Assembly (NCBI GenBank): GCA_963768175.1
Contig: CAVYGQ010000001.1
Span: forward strand, 840,717 to 904,716
DNA from: Candidatus Doudnabacteria bacterium
GTDB lineage: Bacteria > Patescibacteriota > Doudnabacteria > UBA920
DNA: 64,000 nucleotides
Reading direction: 5' to 3'
Below, in pieces: positions 37,397 to 45,713 of the stretch (position 1 is its first letter; every line of letters starts with the position of its first letter). The notes beneath the pieces are model-generated. The model did no database searches. It was not told where the DNA came from and saw only the letters and a program-made list of their open reading frames with translations. Made by a program: the position numbers and the translations under genes.

Positions 37397-39331
37397 TTAT
37401 AACGTCTTCTGTTTTATCTTTTCCTCAAAACTCTCCAAGACATCCCCGACTAAAATTTTAATCGGGGTTTTTATTTTCATGCCGAATTCTTCGCCGGAGT
37501 TTACCGACTTAGATATAACTTTGCTTTGCTGGAGCTCCTCAATTTCTCCGCGGCCTAGCTCGGTATCGGCTCGCCAAACGTTAATGTGGCTGGTCTTTTT
37601 TAACAAGCCTTCTTCCACGCGGCCGCCAACAATCATTTGGCCTTTTTCCGTCATAAAAATTGCTAGAACTTTAGCCTTGCCTAAAACGTGTTTTTCCAGC
37701 TCAGGCGTAAACATCTTTATAACCGCCGAAGTAATATCTTCCAAAAGTTCGTAAATGACGTCGTAGGTATCTATAATAACCTTTTTTTGCTTGGCTAAAT
37801 TAATGGCTTTGGGGTTTACTTTGGTGCGAAAGCCGACAATTACGGCTTTGGAGCTGCCGGCGAGCAAAACATCGGACTCGTTAATTTCCCCCACGCCTTC
37901 GCTTAAGATGTTAATTTTAACCTCATCATTTTTTAATTTGGCCACGCTCTGTTTAATGGCTTCCAGCGAGCCGGCTACGTCGGTTTTTAAAATCAAATTT
38001 AAAGTTTTATTTTCCAAATTCCCCACAATGGCTTGTTTGCTGGAAAGTTTGTGGCTGTGGTTTTTGCGCTGGACCAAAACGGCAATAGCCTTGGCTTCGT
38101 CCAAAGTCGCGGTGGTCTGCAAAATGTCGCCGGCCTGCGGAACTTCCGAAAGCCCGGAAATTTGCGCGGCCGTGGAAGGCGTGGCTTCTTTAAGCTTGCG
38201 GCCGGTCTCGTCTTCCAGGCTCCTGACCCTGCCAAACGCGGCGCCCGCGGCAAAAATATCGCCAACCCTTAGCGTGCCGTTTTGCACCATAACCGTGGCC
38301 GTGGCCCCTTTGCCCTGGGTGATTTTGCTTTCTATAATTGTGCCCACCATTTTGCCGTGCGGGTTGGCGCGCAAATTTTCCATTTCCGCCGTCAGTAAAA
38401 TCATTTCTAAAAGCTGGTCTATGCCCTTGTTTTGTTTGGCGGAAATTTCGCAGGCAATGACCTTGCCTCCCCATTCTTCGGTAAGCACCCCTTGACCGGC
38501 CAGCTCTTGCTTAACCCTGGTAACGTTGGCTTCGGGCTTATCTATTTTGTTTATGGCCACAATCATGGGCGTGTTGGTGAATTTGGCGCGATTGATGACT
38601 TCCAAAGTCTGCGGCCTGACGCCGTCGTCCGCTGCCACAACCAACACGATAATGTCCGTTACGTTGGCACCGCGCGAACGCATCTCAGAAAAAGCTTCGT
38701 GGCCAGGAGTGTCCAAAAAAGTTATCCATTTGTCGTTTTTCTTTACTTTGTAGGCGCCAATATGCTGGGTAATGCCGCCGCTTTCGCCTTCGGCCACTTT
38801 GGTTTTACGGATGGTATCCAAGAGTGTGGTTTTGCCGTGGTCAACGTGTCCCATAATGGCAACTATGGGCGGGCGCGGTTTTAGGTTTTCTTCTTTTTCA
38901 GCTTTTAAGACTTCGTTTAAAAACCCTAAGCCGTATTCCGCTACGCTCTGGTCAGCTTCTGTCTCTACCTCAAAACCTAAATCCTGGGCCACAATGCTGG
39001 CGGTATCAAAATCTATTTCCTCGTTAATGGAAGCCATGACCCCGTTGTTTATCAGCACGGTAATAACTTTGGTTACCGGCAATTTTAACAGTAAGGCAAA
39101 ATCGCGGACTTTAATGAACGAAGGCAATTTAACTTTTATTGGCGTAATAGGAAGGCTGGTCGAAGATCCTGAGCGATTAGTCGAGGGACCAAAAGCTTCC
39201 AGCAGTTTTCGCGCTACGTAATTGTCTACCTTGTTGGCTTTGGGCGAAATGAAATAGCCTTTCTCCTTGGCCTTAAGGCGAACGTCTTGTATGGACATAT
39301 TCAGTTGTGAGGAGAGAGATGAGAGGTTCAT
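37397..39331 (-). CDS. infB: Translation initiation factor IF-2
   Basis: G-domain [15 protein letters not shown] and DTPGHEAF motifs, 644 aa. Confidence 0.93.
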   Translation of the reverse strand: MNLSSLSSQLNMSIQDVRLKAKEKGYFISPKANKVDNYVARKLLEAFGPSTNRSGSSTSLPITPIKVKLPSFIKVRDFALLLKLPVTKVITVLINNGVMASINEEIDFDTASIVAQDLGFEVETEADQSVAEYGLGFLNEVLKAEKEENLKPRPPIVAIMGHVDHGKTTLLDTIRKTKVAEGESGGITQHIGAYKVKKNDKWITFLDTPGHEAFSEMRSRGANVTDIIVLVVAADDGVRPQTLEVINRAKFTNTPMIVAINKIDKPEANVTRVKQELAGQGVLTEEWGGKVIACEISAKQNKGIDQLLEMILLTAEMENLRANPHGKMVGTIIESKITQGKGATATVMVQNGTLRVGDIFAAGAAFGRVRSLEDETGRKLKEATPSTAAQISGLSEVPQAGDILQTTATLDEAKAIAVLVQRKNHSHKLSSKQAIVGNLENKTLNLILKTDVAGSLEAIKQSVAKLKNDEVKINILSEGVGEINESDVLLAGSSKAVIVGFRTKVNPKAINLAKQKKVIIDTYDVIYELLEDITSAVIKMFTPELEKHVLGKAKVLAIFMTEKGQMIVGGRVEEGLLKKTSHINVWRADTELGRGEIEELQQSKVISKSVNSGEEFGMKIKTPIKILVGDVLESFEEKIKQKTL

Positions 39332-39417
39332 GTTTTATTCCTCTCCTTTTTAAGGAGAGGCTAGGTGAGGTTATTTTGCGTTTAACTTATTGATTATACT
39401 CATAAATCTTAATAAAA

Positions 39418-40174
39418 TCAAGACATTTTAGCGCTTGGACTTGCGTCCCAAATTGTCTCAAACAACTTAATTTCTCCAGCCACGATATCCGGGCTTTCAA
39501 TAATTACCGTTACCAATTCTTTTTTGGAACTGAAGATTGCCACTTTATTTCCGTAAATTAGTTTTGAACTGTTATATAAATGGTTTTCCGGCAAATATTT
39601 TACTTCCCTTAGAAGTTCGGCGTGATTGGCTGTTAAAAAAGATTCCGGCATCTGGGATTTAAAATATAAAGCTTTAAAGTTTATACGTTTTTTCAATCTG
39701 GTTGGGATATAGTAGTTTAAATCCCAGATCCTCGCCGATGACTTTATGGATTTCGCTAATTGAGCCAATGTGCCTGACGGTGGAATTGAAAGTTTTGAGG
39801 GAATCCTCCGAGGCAATAAAGTATCCTTCTTTGCCTTCGTAGTAAGTAATCTGCGGTTTCAGATCTGGTTTTTGCGCCAGACTGTTTAATTGCGGCAAGA
39901 TACTTTTTAAGTCGTCTAATTCTTTTTCTGTTTTAGATGCCAAAATATGCGGCGGTGTGGCCACAAATTTTAACCCGCTCCGCATTTTAAAACTGCCCAT
40001 TAAACCCTTTTTCTCCAAAGCCTGGAAAATTACATAAGCCGAAGTTCGTTTTAGTTGCGCTTCCAGCGCCAATTCCGACATCCCCGCCTCACCAAGTTTA
40101 AGCGATGCCAAATACAAAGCCACTTCGCCGTCTTCCAGCCCTAATTCTTTAAGAGTTTGTTTAATGTCTTGCAT
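39418..40174 (-). pseudogene. TrmB-family regulator (paralog 3), frameshifted into two overlapping ORFs
   Basis: ORF 39674-40174 carries the N-terminal wHTH (LGLEDGEVALYLASLKLGEAGMSELA). ORF 39418-39816, in another frame, carries the TrmB C-terminal region (KVAIFSS..VTVIIESPDIVAGEIKLFETIW), which is homologous to paralog 2. Confidence 0.6.
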
Positions 40175-40432
40175 ATTAAATACAAATAAATTGATGCCTG
40201 AGCTTGTCGAAGGCTCAATTTATTTGTCCCTTCGACTTTGCTCAGGGGACAAATAAATTTAAATTTGACGTTTTTTACGTCAACAGTATATCAAATCTAA
40301 TAAAAATAAGCAAATAAAGGCAAAATATATAATAAATTATGCCACAATTATTGACGTTATGTCAATTTTGATGTATTGTTATCGGTCAAAACAAAAACAC
40401 CTGACGAGGTTAACAACGCAAAGGAGGTAGTT

Positions 40433-40876
40433 ATGAATATTTTGGTTGTAGAAGACGATCCGAAGCATATGAAGGAGGCTGTTGAGGTCATTCAAGCCGC
40501 CGGACACGAAGTGATACAGGCAACTGATATGTATAGAGCCAGGGAGTATCTCTACGATGACCGCCCCGACGGAGTAATTACTGACCTTTTTATTCCGGAT
40601 GGTGCGGGAGGAGTAAATGAAGATGCGGATCAGCCGCGAGGCCTAGGAATTGTCTTAATGGCGCAGCAGGAAGGCATTCCTTGCATCATCTGCACCGCAG
40701 GATATCACCACGGATCCAAGTACAACTGGATCTGCGGACTCGGGCGGAGGTTGCACTGGCCACCGATGGTAGATCAGCTTCAGGATCGGCACAACTACGA
40801 GGTGGAAAGCCAGTCGAAAGACTGGCAAGAAGCGCTCGACACCCTGGTCAAGATCATAGTGGCCAAGGGATATTAA
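40433..40876 (+). CDS. Orphan REC-domain protein, paralog of 36632-37277; GC-rich
   Basis: MNILVVEDDP..DGVITDLFIP..CIICTAGYHHG. A strong SD (aaaggaggt) is present. It is divergent from TrmB paralog 3. Confidence 0.65.
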   Translation: MNILVVEDDPKHMKEAVEVIQAAGHEVIQATDMYRAREYLYDDRPDGVITDLFIPDGAGGVNEDADQPRGLGIVLMAQQEGIPCIICTAGYHHGSKYNWICGLGRRLHWPPMVDQLQDRHNYEVESQSKDWQEALDTLVKIIVAKGY

Positions 40877-40962
40877 CAGCCAATGTGTTCAAAAACCGGC
40901 GGTTGTTCGGCGTTAGGAGGCGCGCGAACTACTGACCGGTTTTGTTTTGGCAGAATTGTTTA

Positions 40963-40994
40963 CTTGCTAAACTCACGGCCGTGAGTTTAGCAAG
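40963..40994. terminator. Perfect palindrome CTTGCTAAACTCACGGCCGTGAGTTTAGCAAG (a family member is at 60009-60040)
   Basis: A 14-bp stem lying between convergent genes. Confidence 0.65.
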
Positions 40995-40995
40995 T

Positions 40996-41322
40996 TTAGG
41001 TATTTGCTCTGGCCAAAGTCGCAAATTGCAAAAAGTATTTATTTAAACCTTCCGGGTTTTGCGGTTTATCGGATAGCTCCAGGCAGGCGTTTTCCCGCAG
41101 GCGGCATAGCTCTTTTAGTCTTGGCCCGCGCCAACGGGGATCGTTTATGGTTAAATCCGTCAATTCAAGCATTCTATCAAAGGCTTTTTGGAAATAAGCG
41201 GGCTGGTTTTTTTGTTTCCATCTTAAAGCCCGTCCGAACTCACTGCCTATGTTGCCAAGCTGTTCTTCAAGCGACATTTTTTGCCATTTTTGTTTTATCT
41301 CAGGACCATGGATGTATCCCAT
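40996..41322 (-). CDS. Hypothetical protein (108 aa)
   Basis: An ORF with no recognised domain. Confidence 0.4.
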   Translation of the reverse strand: MGYIHGPEIKQKWQKMSLEEQLGNIGSEFGRALRWKQKNQPAYFQKAFDRMLELTDLTINDPRWRGPRLKELCRLRENACLELSDKPQNPEGLNKYFLQFATLARANT

Positions 41323-41423
41323 AAATTTATTTTAGGTTATCTGCGTTCTAGATCCCGGATATTTTTTGTGGCTTGTGATAATCATCAGCACAAAAAATTC
41401 CGGGATGGAACACTAAGGGGTAT

Positions 41424-42266
41424 TTAGAATGTACGGTTTTTTCCCACAATCATCTTCAGCCTCTGAGGGATTATTTCCACGGTGCTGGGGAATTTGGCAA
41501 CAACGCGGCCGAGCATGGTCAAATTGGTGCCGCGCGGCTCCAAAAATTCAATTTTTTTGCATTTAATGACTGTGGTATTGGGCACCTTTTCCAGACAGCC
41601 TTCTGAAATAATGTTGCGGTATTTTAAAACCTGCATTTTATTAAGGTGCTCCATTATGAGCAGATCTAAATTGCCGTCCGTGGGGTTGGCGATTTTTTCG
41701 CTTTGGCAGGAAGTGGAACGGATGTTGGCCACCAGTCCGCCGAGCCCGTTTATGGTCACGTTGTAAGAATCATCCACCCGGATGGTAAAGCCTTTTGCCT
41801 CCGAAGAAAGCAGCTTCAGGCTTTGCCACAAAGAGGCGGTTTTGATGTTGTGGGACATTACGCCAAATTCCAGAAAGCTGATAAAATAATTGCCGGAAAT
41901 TTTGGCCAGGTCAATTTTTTCTATGCGCCTGGCGGCAATGGTTTTTACGCCCAAAAAGACGTTTTCAATGCCTAAAATTTTTGCCAAATTTGAATTTTCA
42001 TCAAACGGGATAAAACCCAAAGTAAAATCCCGCCCCTTAAGCGCCGCCAGCATTAAGTTAAAGGTATCGTCACTGCCGCAGGCCACCAAAGTATTGGTGC
42101 CTCTTTGGCTGGCCGTATCCACCAAATCCTGCACGCTGCGCAAGGGAGTTACCCTTGAAGCCTCGCCGGAAACTTTAAATTCGGCCAAAAGCCCGGAAAG
42201 CTCGGTCTGGAGCTTCTCAAATTTTTCCATGGGCAAATTGTGCTGGTCGAGGATATAGTAGTGCAC
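41424..42266 (-). CDS. Diacylglycerol-kinase catalytic-domain lipid kinase (YegS-like)
   Basis: The VACGSDDTFNLMLAAL region resembles the GGDGT motif. The start is a GTG. Confidence 0.6.
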   Translation of the reverse strand: MHYYILDQHNLPMEKFEKLQTELSGLLAEFKVSGEASRVTPLRSVQDLVDTASQRGTNTLVACGSDDTFNLMLAALKGRDFTLGFIPFDENSNLAKILGIENVFLGVKTIAARRIEKIDLAKISGNYFISFLEFGVMSHNIKTASLWQSLKLLSSEAKGFTIRVDDSYNVTINGLGGLVANIRSTSCQSEKIANPTDGNLDLLIMEHLNKMQVLKYRNIISEGCLEKVPNTTVIKCKKIEFLEPRGTNLTMLGRVVAKFPSTVEIIPQRLKMIVGKNRTF

Positions 42267-42271
42267 AAAAG

Positions 42272-42368
42272 AAATGACAAAAATTAAAAAAATAATAAAA
42301 ATGACAAAAATAAATGGGCCTATAATTTTTGCTCATTTATGCCAATTTTGTCATTTTTGCTCATTACC
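42272..42368. repeat. AT-rich TGACAAAAAT repeat element (copy 3)
   Basis: aaatgacaaaaattaaaaaaataataaaaatgacaaaaat...ttttgtcatttttgctcatt. Confidence 0.75.
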
Positions 42369-42369
42369 T

Positions 42370-42788
42370 TTACTCTTCTGGTTCAATAAGGGGTTCGGCT
42401 TTTTCCACGGGAGTTTTCTTGCCGCTGCCCCCGCTTACTCCGTTGCCGCCCATAACGCACTTGCCGGAAAATTGGGCACCGTCTTCCACCCTAAAAACCG
42501 TGCAGACAATATCCCCTAAAACTTTTGCCGTACTCTGTAATATCAAATGCCCGGATATTTTTAAGTTACCCTGTATTTCCCCGCCGACCACGGCATTGCC
42601 CGCCAAAATGTCTGCCGCAATTTTGGCCCCGGGACAACAAATACGCTCTGGCTAGTTTTGACTTTGCCGCTTACCTGGCCTTCTATTTTTATGTTGCCTT
42701 CGCTGTTTAAATCTCCTTGAATTTTAACGCTGGGGCCGACTACGGTTTCGGCCGGGCTGTTTAGGTTCTCGTCTAAGGTTTTGTCCAT
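42370..42788 (-). pseudogene. Bactofilin (DUF583), split by a 1-nt frameshift in a ggccccggg run
   Basis: The N-terminal ORF (42561-42788) ends ...KVKTSQSVFVVPGPKL. The C-terminal ORF (42370-42606) continues in another frame with ...PGAKIAADILAGNAVVGGEIQGNLKISG. Joined, they give a canonical bactofilin. Confidence 0.6.
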
Positions 42789-42857
42789 AAATGTCTTTTT
42801 CCGCCGGGTTTCCCGGCTTAATTAATGGTTGGGTCCGGTATTTGTTTAGGTTTTAAT

Positions 42858-43000
42858 ATAAATTTGAAGCATTAAATCCGAAATTCGAAACAAATTCTAA
42901 TATCTAAATTGTAAATTCAAAATCCTGGATGTGCCCGTTTAAATATTAAGTATTTGAATTTGTGAATTGTTTCGGATTTCGATATTAGGATTTCAAATTT
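42858..43000. repeat. Large imperfect AT-rich palindrome (AAATCCGAAATTCGAAACAAATTC ... GAATTGTTTCGGATTTCGA)
   Basis: Seen directly. It is intergenic and overlaps the 3' end of the DUF4446 gene. Confidence 0.5.
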
Positions 43001-43455
43001 GCCTTTTCTACTGCCTGTTGCTCTTCATCGGTCAGTTTAATCTCACATTTCCCCTGGTCTATTTTTTTGGTGTAAATCCTGTTTTGCTCGCGTCCATACA
43101 TGGAGGTAATAATTATTCCGGTATTGTGTTCATCCAATAAAGCCAAAGAAAAACTAAAATTCCCGCCGCCATCGTTAAACGGATTAAAACGTACAAGCCC
43201 CACTTTCTGAACGGCAAAAGTAACCTTAGTTTTTAGTTCATTTAATTCCTGCATCAAAGCCGTTTCCTGCTCCCGGCTGTTCTGTAATTCTTGCTTTAAG
43301 GAGTAAATCACACTTTCTAAACTTAGAGCTTTTCCACCCGCGAAAAAAGCCTTTTTTAGCTTATTAATAGAAATTATTTGCCAGGTGCAGTATCCGGCTA
43401 AAATCAGGGCCAAGCCGGCCAAAATTAAGGTGATTGTAGGTAGCTGTGTTATCAT
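42985..43455 (-). CDS. DUF4446 family protein
   Basis: N-terminal TM helix and GLVRFNPFNDGGGNFSFSLALLDEHNTGIIITSMYGRE. Confidence 0.7.
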   Translation of the reverse strand: MITQLPTITLILAGLALILAGYCTWQIISINKLKKAFFAGGKALSLESVIYSLKQELQNSREQETALMQELNELKTKVTFAVQKVGLVRFNPFNDGGGNFSFSLALLDEHNTGIIITSMYGREQNRIYTKKIDQGKCEIKLTDEEQQAVEKANLKS

Positions 43456-43989
43456 ATCTAAGCTATTGTAGCACTAGTTATGGCTTGCGTTCAAATGATA
43501 AATTGTATCATTATCCTTTATCTTTTATCCTTGACAACCTTCGCTTGGTAAAGGATAATGGATAAAAGATTAAAGATAAATTTATTATGTCCAAAAAGCA
43601 CAAAAGAAGCGATTACCAAATACCCCAGCAAGCCGGTATTTCCCATGCCGCGGAATACCGCATTATTAAGTTTGATTTGGTAAAAGTGGTAATTTTAAAC
43701 CTTGTTTATTTAGCGGTTATTTTGTCGTTGTATTTTGGCAACCAGCATACGCATTTTTTGGATAACTGGTTTGCGAAACTTCTCCATTTCTAGTTTATCT
43801 TTGAACAACGGGCATCATTGGTCTTAGAAATATTTCAATCCAATGGTGCCCGTTGTTACCTTTTGTTATAGACGCCCCATAATGGGCGGGTTTTGTCATA
43901 TATGATATAAAGTGGATAATTTTGGTTGACCAAAGGGCAAAAATTTGCTAAAATTGTAATACATATATCACATACGATAGTTTCCCTTT

Positions 43990-44075
43990 GGCGTCATCCT
44001 GAGCGTAGCGAAGGATCTCATTAAAGAAAGAGATTCTTCACCCTTCGGATGCTACTTCAGGTTCAGAATGACGCC
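43990..44075. repeat. Palindromic element GGCGTCATCCTGAGC...TTCAGAATGACGCC (copy B, intergenic, upstream of murA)
   Basis: Terminal inverted repeats plus an internal palindrome, GAAGGATCTC..GAGATTCTTC. Confidence 0.8.
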
Positions 44076-44094
44076 TTAGGAAAGAAAATATTAT

Positions 44095-45648
44095 ATGCAA
44101 AACCTTATAAAGGATCAGCAGAAAATCGGCCAGTTTATAGCCGAAGTCCGTGAGCTTAAAGGCTTTACCCAAAGCCAGTTTGCCAAAAGCTTAAAAACCA
44201 GCCAGTCAGCCGTAGCCAGGATGGAAAGCGGCCAGCAAAACTTAACTACAGAGATGCTGGCTAAGATTAGCGCAGTTTTGAACCATGAAATTATTACGTT
44301 GGCCGACAAGTCGGTAAATTTTAAAATAGAAGGCGGGCGGAAACTTTCGGGAAGGGTCGCGGTTAATACTTCCAAGAATGCCGCGGTGGCGCTGTTGTGC
44401 GCTTCTTTGCTTAATGAAGGTAAAACTATTTTTAAGAATGTGCCTAAAATAGAGGAAGTCTACCGGGTAATTGAAGTTTTGGTCAGTCTTGGCGTCTCGG
44501 TAAAATGGCAGGGCGCGGATGTGGAAATTTTGCCGGGCAAAAAAATTACCATAAATAAAATAGACAAAGAAGCCGCGGTTAAAACCAGAAGCGTTCTTAT
44601 GCTGCTTGGGCCTTTGGCTCATATTCTTCCCGCTTTTAACCTGCCTTTGGCCGGCGGCTGCAAACTGGGCGAACGGACCGTGAGGCCGCATTTGTTTGCT
44701 TTGGAAAAGCTTGGAGTTAAAATTCAGACCCATCATGACCATTACGCCGTAAGCTCGGCTAAAGCTCCCGCCAAAGGCGGATCCGCCTCCGGCGGAAAAA
44801 CCGCGGAGGTAGTGCTTTACGAAATGGGTGACACAGTGACGGAAAACACGCTTATGGCCGCGGCAAAAATAAACGGCGTGACCACCATCAAGCTGGCCTC
44901 TTCCAATTACATGGTGCAGGATTTATGTCATTTTTTGCAAAGTTTGGGCGTAAAAATTGAAGGCGTGGGTACCTCCACCTTAAAAGTGCATGGCAAACCG
45001 CACATTAACCAGCGTGTGGTCTTTTATTTAAGCGAAGACCCCATAGAAGCCATGCTGTTTTTGTCTTTGGCTGTCACCACAAATTCTTCCATAACCGTTG
45101 AGCGCTGCCCCATAGACTTTTTGGAGCTGGAACTGTTGAAATTGGAAAAGATGGGGTTTAAGTACCGGATTATTAAGCGTTATAAAAGCCATAACGGTAT
45201 TACCAATTTGGCAGATATTAAGACTTTCCCGTCTAAATTAATCGCGCTGGAAGAAAAAATCCACCCGTTGACGTCCTCGGCCGGAATTAATATAGATAAC
45301 CTGCCGTTTTTTGTGCCCATTGCCACCCAGGCCAAAGGCACCACGCTGATTCACGACTGGGTTTACGAAAATCGCGCTATTTACTATTTGGAATTAAATA
45401 AGCTGCGGGCCAATATAATTTTGGCCGACGCCCACCGCGTTTACATAGACGGCCCGACCGAACTTAAAGCAGGCGAAGTCATTTGTCCCCCTGCCCTGCG
45501 CCCGGCCGCGATAATTCTAATTGCGATGTTAGCCGCCAAAGGCACCTCTATTCTCCGCAACGTTTATTCCATAAACCGCGGCTATGAGAATTTGGTGCAG
45601 CGATTACAGAAGCTCGGAGCCAAGATCGAAATGATACATGGCATGTAA
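44095..45648 (+). CDS. murA: UDP-N-acetylglucosamine 1-carboxyvinyltransferase fused to an N-terminal XRE-type HTH domain
   Basis: Residues 1-65 form an HTH_3 domain (IGQFIAEVRELKGFTQSQFAKSLKTSQSAVARMESGQQNL). The MurA core follows (KLSGRVAVNTSKNAA...). An in-frame AKGGSASGG cassette is also present. Confidence 0.85.
   Translation: MQNLIKDQQKIGQFIAEVRELKGFTQSQFAKSLKTSQSAVARMESGQQNLTTEMLAKISAVLNHEIITLADKSVNFKIEGGRKLSGRVAVNTSKNAAVALLCASLLNEGKTIFKNVPKIEEVYRVIEVLVSLGVSVKWQGADVEILPGKKITINKIDKEAAVKTRSVLMLLGPLAHILPAFNLPLAGGCKLGERTVRPHLFALEKLGVKIQTHHDHYAVSSAKAPAKGGSASGGKTAEVVLYEMGDTVTENTLMAAAKINGVTTIKLASSNYMVQDLCHFLQSLGVKIEGVGTSTLKVHGKPHINQRVVFYLSEDPIEAMLFLSLAVTTNSSITVERCPIDFLELELLKLEKMGFKYRIIKRYKSHNGITNLADIKTFPSKLIALEEKIHPLTSSAGINIDNLPFFVPIATQAKGTTLIHDWVYENRAIYYLELNKLRANIILADAHRVYIDGPTELKAGEVICPPALRPAAIILIAMLAAKGTSILRNVYSINRGYENLVQRLQKLGAKIEMIHGM
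44773..44796. repeat. 24-nt palindromic cassette AAAGGCGGATCCGCCTCCGGCGGA in frame in murA
   Basis: Identical to the copies in hss and murF. Confidence 0.85.
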
Positions 45649-45713
45649 ATTTAAGCCCAGGCAAATTGGCAGGGCTTTTTTGTTTTGTGCTAAAATAAAG
45701 ATATAAAAGCGCC

